This document shows positions 51,640 to 59,747 of a stretch of DNA of 64,000 bases, piece after piece. The position numbers and the translations under genes were made by a program. Source of the stretch: an uncultured virus (IMG/VR IMGVR_UViG_3300037010_001713) (taxonomy: Duplodnaviria > Heunggongvirae > Uroviricota > Caudoviricetes); IMG/VR virus record IMGVR_UViG_3300037010_001713; one strand, given 5' to 3'. The first letter of the stretch is position 1; the number at the start of each line of letters is the position of its first letter. Under the pieces are notes generated by a model. The model worked only from the letters and a program-made list of their open reading frames with translations, had not been told where the DNA came from and searched no databases.

Positions 51640-52287
51640 CTATAGCGGATTTCCATCCGTTCTCAAGTCAGTGAGTTGAGTTAACCCAGCTATAGGAGAT
51701 AGATCTCTGATGCGGTTATAGCTAAGGTCTAACGCACTTAGCTGAGACATCTCTGAAAGCGGGGATATATCTTCTATACCGTTGCGACGGAGGTTCAATA
51801 TCCTCAGCTTGGTTAGACTAGATAGCGTAGATATATCTCTAAGTCCACTAGCATAAAGCTCCAGCTCGGTGAGTTGAGTCAACTCAGCAAGCAGGGATCG
51901 GTCTTCGACCCTCATAAGACTAATACTCAAACAAGTAAGCTTAGTAGAGTTCCACAGTGGATTTATGTCCTCTATACGGTTACCAACAAGATCTAGTTTG
52001 GTTAGTTCTCTCTGCCATGAAAGCGCTTCTATATCTTCTATCTTATTAAAACTAAGATCTAGCTCTTTGAGCCGCGGCAACCATAGTAGTGAGGAGATAT
52101 CTCTGATGCGATTATCGCCAAGACTCAATATTTCTAGCTGTGTCAATTCCCTTAACGGGTATAGGTTAAAGATACCCTTACCAGTTAAATTCAATTCAGT
52201 TATGTCTTTACTATCCTCGAAAGACCGACCCGTGTATCTTTCAATACACTCGATGGTGTGACTTTGCCTCCACGGTATATACCCCAT
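51640..52287 (-). CDS. Internalin-like LRR protein (LRR-8, ~8 repeats)
   Basis: N-cap HTIECIERYTGRSFED, ends TDGNPL; RBS places the start at 52287. Confidence 0.9.
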   Translation of the reverse strand: MGYIPWRQSHTIECIERYTGRSFEDSKDITELNLTGKGIFNLYPLRELTQLEILSLGDNRIRDISSLLWLPRLKELDLSFNKIEDIEALSWQRELTKLDLVGNRIEDINPLWNSTKLTCLSISLMRVEDRSLLAELTQLTELELYASGLRDISTLSSLTKLRILNLRRNGIEDISPLSEMSQLSALDLSYNRIRDLSPIAGLTQLTDLRTDGNPL

Positions 52288-52311
52288 TGTAACCCCTTTT
52301 TTTATTTTGCA

Positions 52312-52339
52312 CATATACTCTATGTAATTAAAAAAAAAA
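52312..52339 (-). promoter_or_regulatory. Accessory-gene promoter motif
   Basis: T10-AATTACATAGAGTAT. Confidence 0.65.
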
Positions 52340-52385
52340 GAAAAGCATAATGACTGGCTAGTCCAGTGGATTATTGACCTATATT

Positions 52386-52411
52386 CCAGTACCTCTAAAC
52401 AGAGGTGCTGG
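52386..52411. terminator. Hairpin downstream of LRR-9 (CT-AAAC-AG loop)
   Basis: CCAGTACCTCT-AAAC-AGAGGTGCTGG. Confidence 0.6.
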
Positions 52412-52412
52412 T

Positions 52413-53315
52413 TTATTCCAATATGAGTGTAGTAAGATGTTCCAGACCCATTAGTGGTGCTAGGCTTTTGACACTTAGACCACGGAGATACAGCTCGGTT
52501 AGCTGAGTCAATCCCTTTAGAGGAGCTATATCGTCGATTTCGTTATAGCTAATATCGAGTATTTCCAACTGAGTCATACCCGATAGTTGTGTTAAATCTT
52601 TGACTCTGTTCTCACCAAGATTTAGCTTTTTTAGCTGAGCCATAGCCATTAACGTTGACAAATCTTCGACTTTGTTTCCGTAGACATCCAGACCACTGAG
52701 CTGAGTTAGCCCCGCAATCGGGGACAGATCTACGATTTTGTTATTATTAGCAATATCCAGCTTTTTCAACTGAGTTAATCCAGCTATAGGTAATAGATCC
52801 TCTATTACGTTATCATGTAGATGCAGCTCATCGAGATTTGTCATCCCAGATAGCGAGGATAGATTGGATATTTTGTTATAGCCAAGATACAGTCTTTTCA
52901 ACTGGGTTAATCCTGTAAGCGGGGTTAAATCTTCGATATCACAGCCATCGAGACGCAGCCAAGTAAGCTTAGTCATCCCCGCTAGTGGGAGTAAATTCTC
53001 TATTTTGTTATCCCATAGATATAACCTACTGAGTTGCGTCATCCCTGTCAGAGAGTCCAAGTTTGTTATTTTGTTACTGTTAAGCTGTAGATGGGTGAGG
53101 TTCACCAGTCCCTCTAATGGAGTTATGTCTTCGATCCTGTTGTCTCCGAGATACAGCTCGGTAAGCTGTGTTAATTTCGTAAGAGGGGTTATATCTACGA
53201 TTTTTTCGCTAGTTAAATTTAATTCAGTGATAGTCGAGATATTACCGAACGGGACACCAGTACGTCTTTCAATGCACTCGATGGTGTATTTTTGGGCCTC
53301 TGTTAAGTTTTCCAT
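52413..53315 (-). CDS. Internalin-like LRR protein (LRR-9, ~12 repeats)
   Basis: N-cap YTIECIERRTGVPFG; regular 22-aa repeats with one 23-aa unit. Confidence 0.92.
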   Translation of the reverse strand: MENLTEAQKYTIECIERRTGVPFGNISTITELNLTSEKIVDITPLTKLTQLTELYLGDNRIEDITPLEGLVNLTHLQLNSNKITNLDSLTGMTQLSRLYLWDNKIENLLPLAGMTKLTWLRLDGCDIEDLTPLTGLTQLKRLYLGYNKISNLSSLSGMTNLDELHLHDNVIEDLLPIAGLTQLKKLDIANNNKIVDLSPIAGLTQLSGLDVYGNKVEDLSTLMAMAQLKKLNLGENRVKDLTQLSGMTQLEILDISYNEIDDIAPLKGLTQLTELYLRGLSVKSLAPLMGLEHLTTLILE

Positions 53316-53337
53316 TTTAGCTCCTTAAGTTTTTATA

Positions 53338-53365
53338 CCTATATCTTATGTAATTGAAAAAAATA
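53338..53365 (-). promoter_or_regulatory. Accessory-gene promoter motif
   Basis: TTTTTTCAATTACATAAGATAT. Confidence 0.65.
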
Positions 53366-53463
53366 GAGATAACAGTATAGTATCTTACACTATAGAGAGA
53401 ATTAATCTATTTTATATTAACAGAATCGATATAGATGATAGTAAACAACAAAAGGATGAAAAA

Positions 53464-54276
53464 ATGAATGAATTTGACGAAATACTGTCTTCACTAGACG
53501 ATCATTTTGGAACACAGACCAATTCGACTGGGTCTGTTAATGTAACTAAGCTCGATGGTTATGCGGGTAGCTCTAGTAAGAAAAAAAGTATTATCGATAC
53601 TGTCGATACGTTCGAACCTAAAGACATAGACCCAGAGTCTATACAAGAGAAGCGATCCAGAACTTTCGCTATCGGTTATGCTGGTGAGCGTGGGTCTAAA
53701 GATCAATGGGATCCAAGTCCAGAGACTATTAAAAAGTACGTAGAGGTAGCCGAGATACTTTTTAAATCTGGTTACGTCTTCAGATCTCAGGGTTGGAAAT
53801 ATCCCAAAGGTAATGAACCATTTAAAACCGCTTTAGAAAAGACTATAATGGAACTCCCTAATGCTAAATCGGAGGTTTATAACCTATGGAATGGATCATC
53901 TAACACCGAGAATCCTAGACTGGACTCACCAACTATGAAAGCATTCCAATACACTTGCCATTTGGACACCCAACAAGGGGAGACCGTTTTTAACGATCGC
54001 AACAAATTTACTAAGGTTATTATGGCCCGTAATACACACCTGATGCTTGGCGAAAACTTAGATTCACCTCTTGGTGTATATATCATAGCTACCCCCGATG
54101 GTTCTGAGGCTAACGTTCGTGGAGCTAATGTGGGCGGATTATATCTATATCTTAAGATGGCTAGTAAATATAGCATTCCCGTCATTAACATAAACCCTAG
54201 AAAAGGTCAAAATACAAAGAGTCTTGTACCACAGCTAAAAGAGCTTCTATCAGACGCTATGGTGGTCGGTGAATGA
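53464..54276 (+). CDS. SLOG/DprA-like Rossmann-fold protein (phiKZ gp67-like)
   Basis: L...GY.FRS.G, MARN...MLG..L.SP...I..TPDG and A..Y.IPVIN motifs. Confidence 0.5.
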   Translation: MNEFDEILSSLDDHFGTQTNSTGSVNVTKLDGYAGSSSKKKSIIDTVDTFEPKDIDPESIQEKRSRTFAIGYAGERGSKDQWDPSPETIKKYVEVAEILFKSGYVFRSQGWKYPKGNEPFKTALEKTIMELPNAKSEVYNLWNGSSNTENPRLDSPTMKAFQYTCHLDTQQGETVFNDRNKFTKVIMARNTHLMLGENLDSPLGVYIIATPDGSEANVRGANVGGLYLYLKMASKYSIPVININPRKGQNTKSLVPQLKELLSDAMVVGE

Positions 54277-54662
54277 ATACTCTTGGCTTCATCCTTAAAA
54301 GACACGTCGAGTGTATGGTTGAAAAAAAATATGAAGAGGGAAGTAGAAACCTAAATGAACTATATATGTTAATAGTTACTAACCTAGCAAACCCAGAAAA
54401 AGCTAGAGAGACTGTGGTAGCTATTGATAAATTCGTGTTCAACAATAGGGTTTTCTTCAAATCGGAATCTTTGTCTTATCTATATAAGTTCTGGACTCAT
54501 GGACGAGATGGTTTCGATGATATAATGACGATATTGACTACTGTCGAGAGTCTTACAAGTTTAGACGAACGAGCAAAAAATATCAGGACAGTTTCACCCG
54601 ATAGACTGCGTAAACGCAATCTAATCGGGATAGATGTTCTAATAGATTTTTATACATTATGA
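54273..54662 (+). CDS. Hypothetical protein
   Basis: Coupled ORF. Confidence 0.65.
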   Translation: MNTLGFILKRHVECMVEKKYEEGSRNLNELYMLIVTNLANPEKARETVVAIDKFVFNNRVFFKSESLSYLYKFWTHGRDGFDDIMTILTTVESLTSLDERAKNIRTVSPDRLRKRNLIGIDVLIDFYTL

Positions 54663-54673
54663 TTGGGTAGAAT

Positions 54674-55210
54674 ATGAAAGAAACTTATACTTATCTCATG
54701 TGGAAAATTAAGAAATTCTTCCATGTTAAAAATAACGGTAGCATTGACGTTGGGTCTGTGATCGAGGTCTTCGTGGATCTTTTAACCACCGAAGAATTAA
54801 ATGCTATTAAAAATGTCCTCGAGGCTGACTTCCTTAACACAAGCATACCTGATAAACTTTCTGGTATGCAGAGGTCTCCGAAAACGTTTCTAGACCATTT
54901 CAGCTCGGATGAAAACTATATAGCCACGTACACTCAGATGGCCGCTAAACTAGTCGCAGCCTCAGCTATATGTGGAAATCGATCAATCTTCCGAGACGTA
55001 GCCGAATCAGTCTCTGAGTTATCAGACGACCTAATTTATCTAAAGTTTACAAACTTAAAAGAATTCTCTTTATCTGTTAAGAGTAATGTTTTAATGGATA
55101 TTTTAGTGTTTCTAACATTAATGGGCGGTCTTTTATACGCCGTCGTTAATGAAAAACTACAAGATAAAACCGCGATGGTCAGCGGTGTTATAAGACCTTT
55201 GAATGGGTAA
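54674..55210 (+). CDS. Hypothetical protein with a possible C-terminal membrane helix
   Basis: Hydrophobic segment ILVFLTLMGGLLYAVV. Confidence 0.6.
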   Translation: MKETYTYLMWKIKKFFHVKNNGSIDVGSVIEVFVDLLTTEELNAIKNVLEADFLNTSIPDKLSGMQRSPKTFLDHFSSDENYIATYTQMAAKLVAASAICGNRSIFRDVAESVSELSDDLIYLKFTNLKEFSLSVKSNVLMDILVFLTLMGGLLYAVVNEKLQDKTAMVSGVIRPLNG

Positions 55211-55224
55211 CTTAGGAGGATTGA

Positions 55225-57018
55225 ATGCTCAGCGACAGATTAGGTAACATAGATCTAGGTGAATATGGTATATCTGTTAAGGATGGTACTAGGGATAGTT
55301 TTATCGACGGGGTTCTGGTTAGAAGTATCGCTGACGTTCTTAAATTAAATAGGATTAATAGAGGCGGCACTGGTCTGGACGTCAACTTTAATACGATGTT
55401 ATCTGACGTAGATGATATGATGGACCTAGAGAAATCCGCTAAATTTATCTCAAATGTTATGGATAAGAATGGTCGTATTTTGATCGTTACAGACTATGAC
55501 TCAGATGGCGTTAATTCGGCTACCACCCTATATCGATCTTTTAAAGATGTCTTAAAATATACGAATATCGGTGTTATTATAAATCATAGATCAGACGGTA
55601 ATGGTTTCACAGATAAACTGGTATCCAGAGTTCTGGCTGAACACAGTGCTAAACCATGTGACGTATTGATAACCGCTGATCATGGTAGTGTGAATGGGTT
55701 AGCTTATAAACATATGATGGAACACGGTATAAACATAGTCGTGACCGACCACCATACTGTTCCAGAAATAGACACCGAGACATACCCACATGACGTGGTT
55801 GGTTTTATAAATCCCCATAGAGCCGATTGTGGATATAACTACAATATATCTGGTTGTTTTGTCGCTTTTTGTCTAGTTTTATCTGTATGGAACAAACGCA
55901 ATAGTGAGGGAAACCCACTTGTAGCGTTCGGCTCAGTCATTCCTTATGTAGCATTGTCAACGATCACAGATCAAATGTCCTTAGCTGACCCGCTAAACAG
56001 ACGGATAGTGGAGTTGGGTCTGAGAGTTATAAATTCAGGATCCTCAGCAGTGTTTAATGCACTAGCTAATTTAACGTTAGCCAAGCTACCGTTAACAACA
56101 AAAGAGTTCGGTTTTACGATAGGACCTATTGTCAACACAGCAAACCGTGTTGGAAATGAAGAGATAGCTTTTAAGTTACTATCTTCCGATGATGAAAAAG
56201 CACTTACAAACACAGCAAATGAGTTGATACATTATAATAAGCGGAGAAAGAACGCCCAGACTTTTTTAATAAAAGATCTATTAAGAAAAAAAGACGATTT
56301 TCTCGGTACTGATAGTGTCGTGTGTAGCATAACAACAACCTACGCTATAGCTGGTAACGTAGCCAGCAATCTAGGAAATAGATATCGGTTACCAGCCGTA
56401 TGCTTCACGGAAAACATCGATTTACCTTATCTAACAGGTAGTTGTAGAGGTATTCTTCCACAGATAGATTTAATGGAAATATTCAGAGCTATAGATGCAG
56501 CTCAGCCTGGAATATTTATTAAGTTTGGTGGTCATAAGGCTGCAGCTGGTTGTAGCATAAACAAAGACAAGTACGATATTTTTAAACGGCTGTTTAACGA
56601 ACTATGTTCTGATTACATCACCGAAAAAGATCGTCTATTGGTGAATTATGTGGATTTTTGCTCTAGTGGAGATATATACACGGATCTACTGTGTTTCATA
56701 TTGAGTTCTGATCAGATTTACGGTCGAGGATGGGAGCCAGTTAGACTAGCATCTAGGTTTATCCTGAAGAATGTGATATTAGAGTCCACGTACGCTAAAT
56801 TAACTTTTAGTATATGCGATGTAGATGTTACTGGTATTTATTTTATGGGCGATGAGAATTGTAATGCATTGTTAGACGGTATTAAAAGTAATAACTCGGT
56901 ATACGATGTTTTGTGTGTTTACACGCCAGAAATAAATCGATACATGGATAATGTGAAAGTTAGTCTACTCGTCGATACTATAAAAATCATAAAGGACTCT
57001 GATGGTCGTGATGCCTAG
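55225..57018 (+). CDS. recJ: RecJ-like DHH ssDNA exonuclease
   Basis: DYDSDG, TADHG, TDHH, INPH, D...L...NR, GSCR and FGGH.AAAG. Confidence 0.9.
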   Translation: MLSDRLGNIDLGEYGISVKDGTRDSFIDGVLVRSIADVLKLNRINRGGTGLDVNFNTMLSDVDDMMDLEKSAKFISNVMDKNGRILIVTDYDSDGVNSATTLYRSFKDVLKYTNIGVIINHRSDGNGFTDKLVSRVLAEHSAKPCDVLITADHGSVNGLAYKHMMEHGINIVVTDHHTVPEIDTETYPHDVVGFINPHRADCGYNYNISGCFVAFCLVLSVWNKRNSEGNPLVAFGSVIPYVALSTITDQMSLADPLNRRIVELGLRVINSGSSAVFNALANLTLAKLPLTTKEFGFTIGPIVNTANRVGNEEIAFKLLSSDDEKALTNTANELIHYNKRRKNAQTFLIKDLLRKKDDFLGTDSVVCSITTTYAIAGNVASNLGNRYRLPAVCFTENIDLPYLTGSCRGILPQIDLMEIFRAIDAAQPGIFIKFGGHKAAAGCSINKDKYDIFKRLFNELCSDYITEKDRLLVNYVDFCSSGDIYTDLLCFILSSDQIYGRGWEPVRLASRFILKNVILESTYAKLTFSICDVDVTGIYFMGDENCNALLDGIKSNNSVYDVLCVYTPEINRYMDNVKVSLLVDTIKIIKDSDGRDA

Positions 57019-57421
57019 CTTATCCATAGAGGGTTTCGCTGGAGATGGAGAAACAATACTTAGATTAGGGTTGAACTATTTCTACGCGGGTGTATCAAGA
57101 GTGTCTGGCACGTATGGCTACATATATTCAATTATGGACATTCCGCTGTTTACGACAAATATAGACGAGACTGCCAATAAGCTCGAGAATATATTGGCGT
57201 CTTTATATAGTCCGTATTTTTCTAAAGTTAATGTTTATGTGGATGTATCCTTAAACACAAATGGTGTTGACTATAAACTAAATGTAGGAGTCGATGCTAC
57301 TGACAAAATCACGGATCAAGTCTATTCGTTAAAAGATACATACGACAGTAGATTGGTTCTTAATGCATTTAAAAATAAAATAAAATCAATAGAAGAAATG
57401 GAGAAAAAGTATGGCGGGTAA
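57011..57421 (+). CDS. Conserved phiKZ-like small protein
   Basis: MPSLS..GF N-terminus; L..LY.PYF..V.V.V. Confidence 0.55.
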   Translation: MPSLSIEGFAGDGETILRLGLNYFYAGVSRVSGTYGYIYSIMDIPLFTTNIDETANKLENILASLYSPYFSKVNVYVDVSLNTNGVDYKLNVGVDATDKITDQVYSLKDTYDSRLVLNAFKNKIKSIEEMEKKYGG

Positions 57422-58001
57422 ATTTGTTAGACTACCGATTAGCGGTGGAGTTATTGATTTTAGCGATCCAGAGTATAACGTATCGCTAGAACACCCTCGG
57501 GTGAATGCAGCTTTTTTTGAGCAATACTGGCTTAAGTATTTTAAAGAGGGTGGTTTTGAACGTTATATAGACAACCATCCAGACGAAGCTAAAGAAGCCT
57601 CGGAATTTCGACATCGTTGGGTTGAGATAGCCCGAGGATATTATTCTGAAGTTGAGATCGTTGATAATGAAGGTGAGGTTCTGTGTGTCGTTCCAGGATT
57701 ATACAGCCGTATCAGAACGATTACTGATAGTGACACCACTTTACTCGAGTCTGTCGCTTTAAAATTGAAAAACGCTACTCACGTAGCTAGGGCCGAAAAT
57801 GAATTTGACAGCACAGTGTCGACTTTAGACTTTAAAACTGAGACAGATACTAATGTTGTGGCTGCACAATGGAAATATATTTTATCCATTGACTACAGCA
57901 AACTTAAACGGGAACAAAAAAGTGTGGTCTCAGATCATAAAGATGATGTTGGCAAAGAGCCAGAAGGTTGTCTGCCAGACTACGATAATCTATTCTCATA
58001 A
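57411..58001 (+). CDS. Conserved hypothetical protein
   Basis: W.EIA.G.Y.EV.IVD..G.VL..VP motif. Confidence 0.6.
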   Translation: MAGKFVRLPISGGVIDFSDPEYNVSLEHPRVNAAFFEQYWLKYFKEGGFERYIDNHPDEAKEASEFRHRWVEIARGYYSEVEIVDNEGEVLCVVPGLYSRIRTITDSDTTLLESVALKLKNATHVARAENEFDSTVSTLDFKTETDTNVVAAQWKYILSIDYSKLKREQKSVVSDHKDDVGKEPEGCLPDYDNLFS

Positions 58002-58030
58002 CACACTAGGTAGAACTACCTAGTGTGTTA
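57999..58030. terminator. Stem-loop (paralog of 59610)
   Basis: TAACACACTAGGTAG-AA-CTACCTAGTGTGTTA followed by a T-tract. Confidence 0.7.
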
Positions 58031-58083
58031 GTTTTTTATTTAATTATATAGTATTAAATTACAAAAAAACAAAAGGAGTATCA

Positions 58084-58905
58084 ATGGATAATTTAAGTAA
58101 TGGGTGTACTAAGCAGCTTACCCCTAACTATCTACTAACTTTAGTATATACTAAAGATAGACTAACAATAGAGGATGAGCTTCAAAAGCTTTGTAATGCA
58201 TATAATGATGCAATTGAAAAAAACATGAAATTGTGCAAGGAGCTAAATGAATGTAAAAAAATGTTACCTCGGTATGAGTATGGTGATGAATTAGACGACG
58301 AAACATTGGGTTTGTATAAATGCGAAGAAGGAGACGGTTATGTTGAATATTTTTATAGCGGTACCGTGAATACGCAACAACACTGTACGAATGAAACAGC
58401 ATCATCAGATAGTGAACACATCAAAGAGCAGTCAGTGAAGGATGATAGTTATCATGGTATCGGTTTTAAAAGAATTTTGAAAGATGTTCCTAAGACATCA
58501 TTGCAGAAAATAGTCGACTGGTACATAACATTCGAGGGTGATGTTGTATATAAGCTCAGCGAGGCTAAGGATAATGAGGGTACTCTGCTTGATTGCATAA
58601 AATGGTCTGTAGAATATAAATATCCCTTTATATCGTTCAATATAAAATATCCAGGATATAGCTCAATCCATGGTGATGAGCTGTCTCTGGAGAAATCATC
58701 AGACATACCAGGGGGGTATTTTGAAGTCTCAACAATACCTAATATCACACGACCTATGAGTATTAGTGATTATACGTTAATAACACTACCTCATAATCTA
58801 CCAATGAAGTCTGAATTCTTTTTGAGTGTTGACTACACTTCTGTATGTAAAGATATTAATACAGTTATCGGGAAGATGCTAGACCATTGTGGGTATAAAG
58901 AGTGA
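58084..58905 (+). CDS. Hypothetical accessory protein
   Basis: Preceded by the promoter variant AATTATATAG (58042-58051) and AAGGAG. Confidence 0.7.
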   Translation: MDNLSNGCTKQLTPNYLLTLVYTKDRLTIEDELQKLCNAYNDAIEKNMKLCKELNECKKMLPRYEYGDELDDETLGLYKCEEGDGYVEYFYSGTVNTQQHCTNETASSDSEHIKEQSVKDDSYHGIGFKRILKDVPKTSLQKIVDWYITFEGDVVYKLSEAKDNEGTLLDCIKWSVEYKYPFISFNIKYPGYSSIHGDELSLEKSSDIPGGYFEVSTIPNITRPMSISDYTLITLPHNLPMKSEFFLSVDYTSVCKDINTVIGKMLDHCGYKE

Positions 58906-58926
58906 TTTGATGATAAGAGTATAATG

Positions 58927-58958
58927 CAACGCTAGGTCTCATCCGAGACCTAGCGTTG
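58927..58958. terminator. Stem-loop
   Basis: CAACGCTAGGTCTC-ATCC-GAGACCTAGCGTTG. Confidence 0.65.
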
Positions 58959-59066
58959 GTATGATCTTTTTTAGTCACAGGTTCTTATAAGATCTTGGTT
59001 TGTACCAACTATAAGTTATTTTTTCTTAATTACATAGTTTATATGTAATGAAATTAAGGAGTCCAA

Positions 59067-59597
59067 ATGAAAAAAATAACTTTAAAGGAAGCACTCGATA
59101 AGGCGGCTTCAGACTTAAAAAGTGGTAAATCATCTAAATGGAAGATCTTCGAAGGATATATCGAATGGTGCGATCCATGTGATTATACCAGCTATGCGGA
59201 GAAACTGGGTTTGAGCTTCGTTGCTATGGCAGATTTCGGTCATGGCTGTGAAGCATGTTTAGCAGTCTGTATAAACACAAAAAACTGCGGTGGAACATAC
59301 CCAACTGTAGTCATACCCGGAGGGTCATTATCGACCCCACTCATGACATACGATAGACTTAACGCCCTAAAGGGTTTATTTTTGACCGATGGTTGTGGGT
59401 CGATTGATAATAATGTGTATTCGTACACGTGGAACTCACCCAACCCGTGGGGTGGGCGGAAGAGGCTCAAGTACCGCATTAAAAGAGTCCCAACACTATG
59501 GGATTATAGGCGGATCATTAAAATGTACGCTAATAGTGATCTAGATATTATCGAATGCTATAAAGCGTTCGACATAATCGAGGACTATAACGAATAG
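59067..59597 (+). CDS. Hypothetical Cys-rich accessory protein
   Basis: Preceded by T-tract-AATTACATAG (59028-59037) and AAGGAG. Confidence 0.7.
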   Translation: MKKITLKEALDKAASDLKSGKSSKWKIFEGYIEWCDPCDYTSYAEKLGLSFVAMADFGHGCEACLAVCINTKNCGGTYPTVVIPGGSLSTPLMTYDRLNALKGLFLTDGCGSIDNNVYSYTWNSPNPWGGRKRLKYRIKRVPTLWDYRRIIKMYANSDLDIIECYKAFDIIEDYNE

Positions 59598-59609
59598 TTA
59601 CCTTTTAGT

Positions 59610-59640
59610 TAACACACTGGGTACGATACCCAGTGTGTTA
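59610..59640. terminator. Stem-loop (paralog of 57999)
   Basis: TAACACACTGGGTA-CGA-TACCCAGTGTGTTA. Confidence 0.7.
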
Positions 59641-59747
59641 GTGCTTATAGATGTGGTTGGAGCTATATTGTAGTGGTTCTGTTTTTTTTTTATTTTTTTC
59701 TATACATTATAGTTCAAGTATTCCTTGAGATACAAAAAGGAGTCCTT

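Noticed and set aside
12315..52411. Integron with attC sites
   Set aside because: No integrase in the window, cassettes carry their own promoters, and the hairpins lack clear RYYYAAC/GTTRRRY ends and extrahelical bases.
12377..53315. Diversity-generating retroelement acting on the LRR genes
   Set aside because: No reverse transcriptase in the window, and I saw no template/variable repeat pair differing only at adenines. I cannot exclude one elsewhere in the genome.
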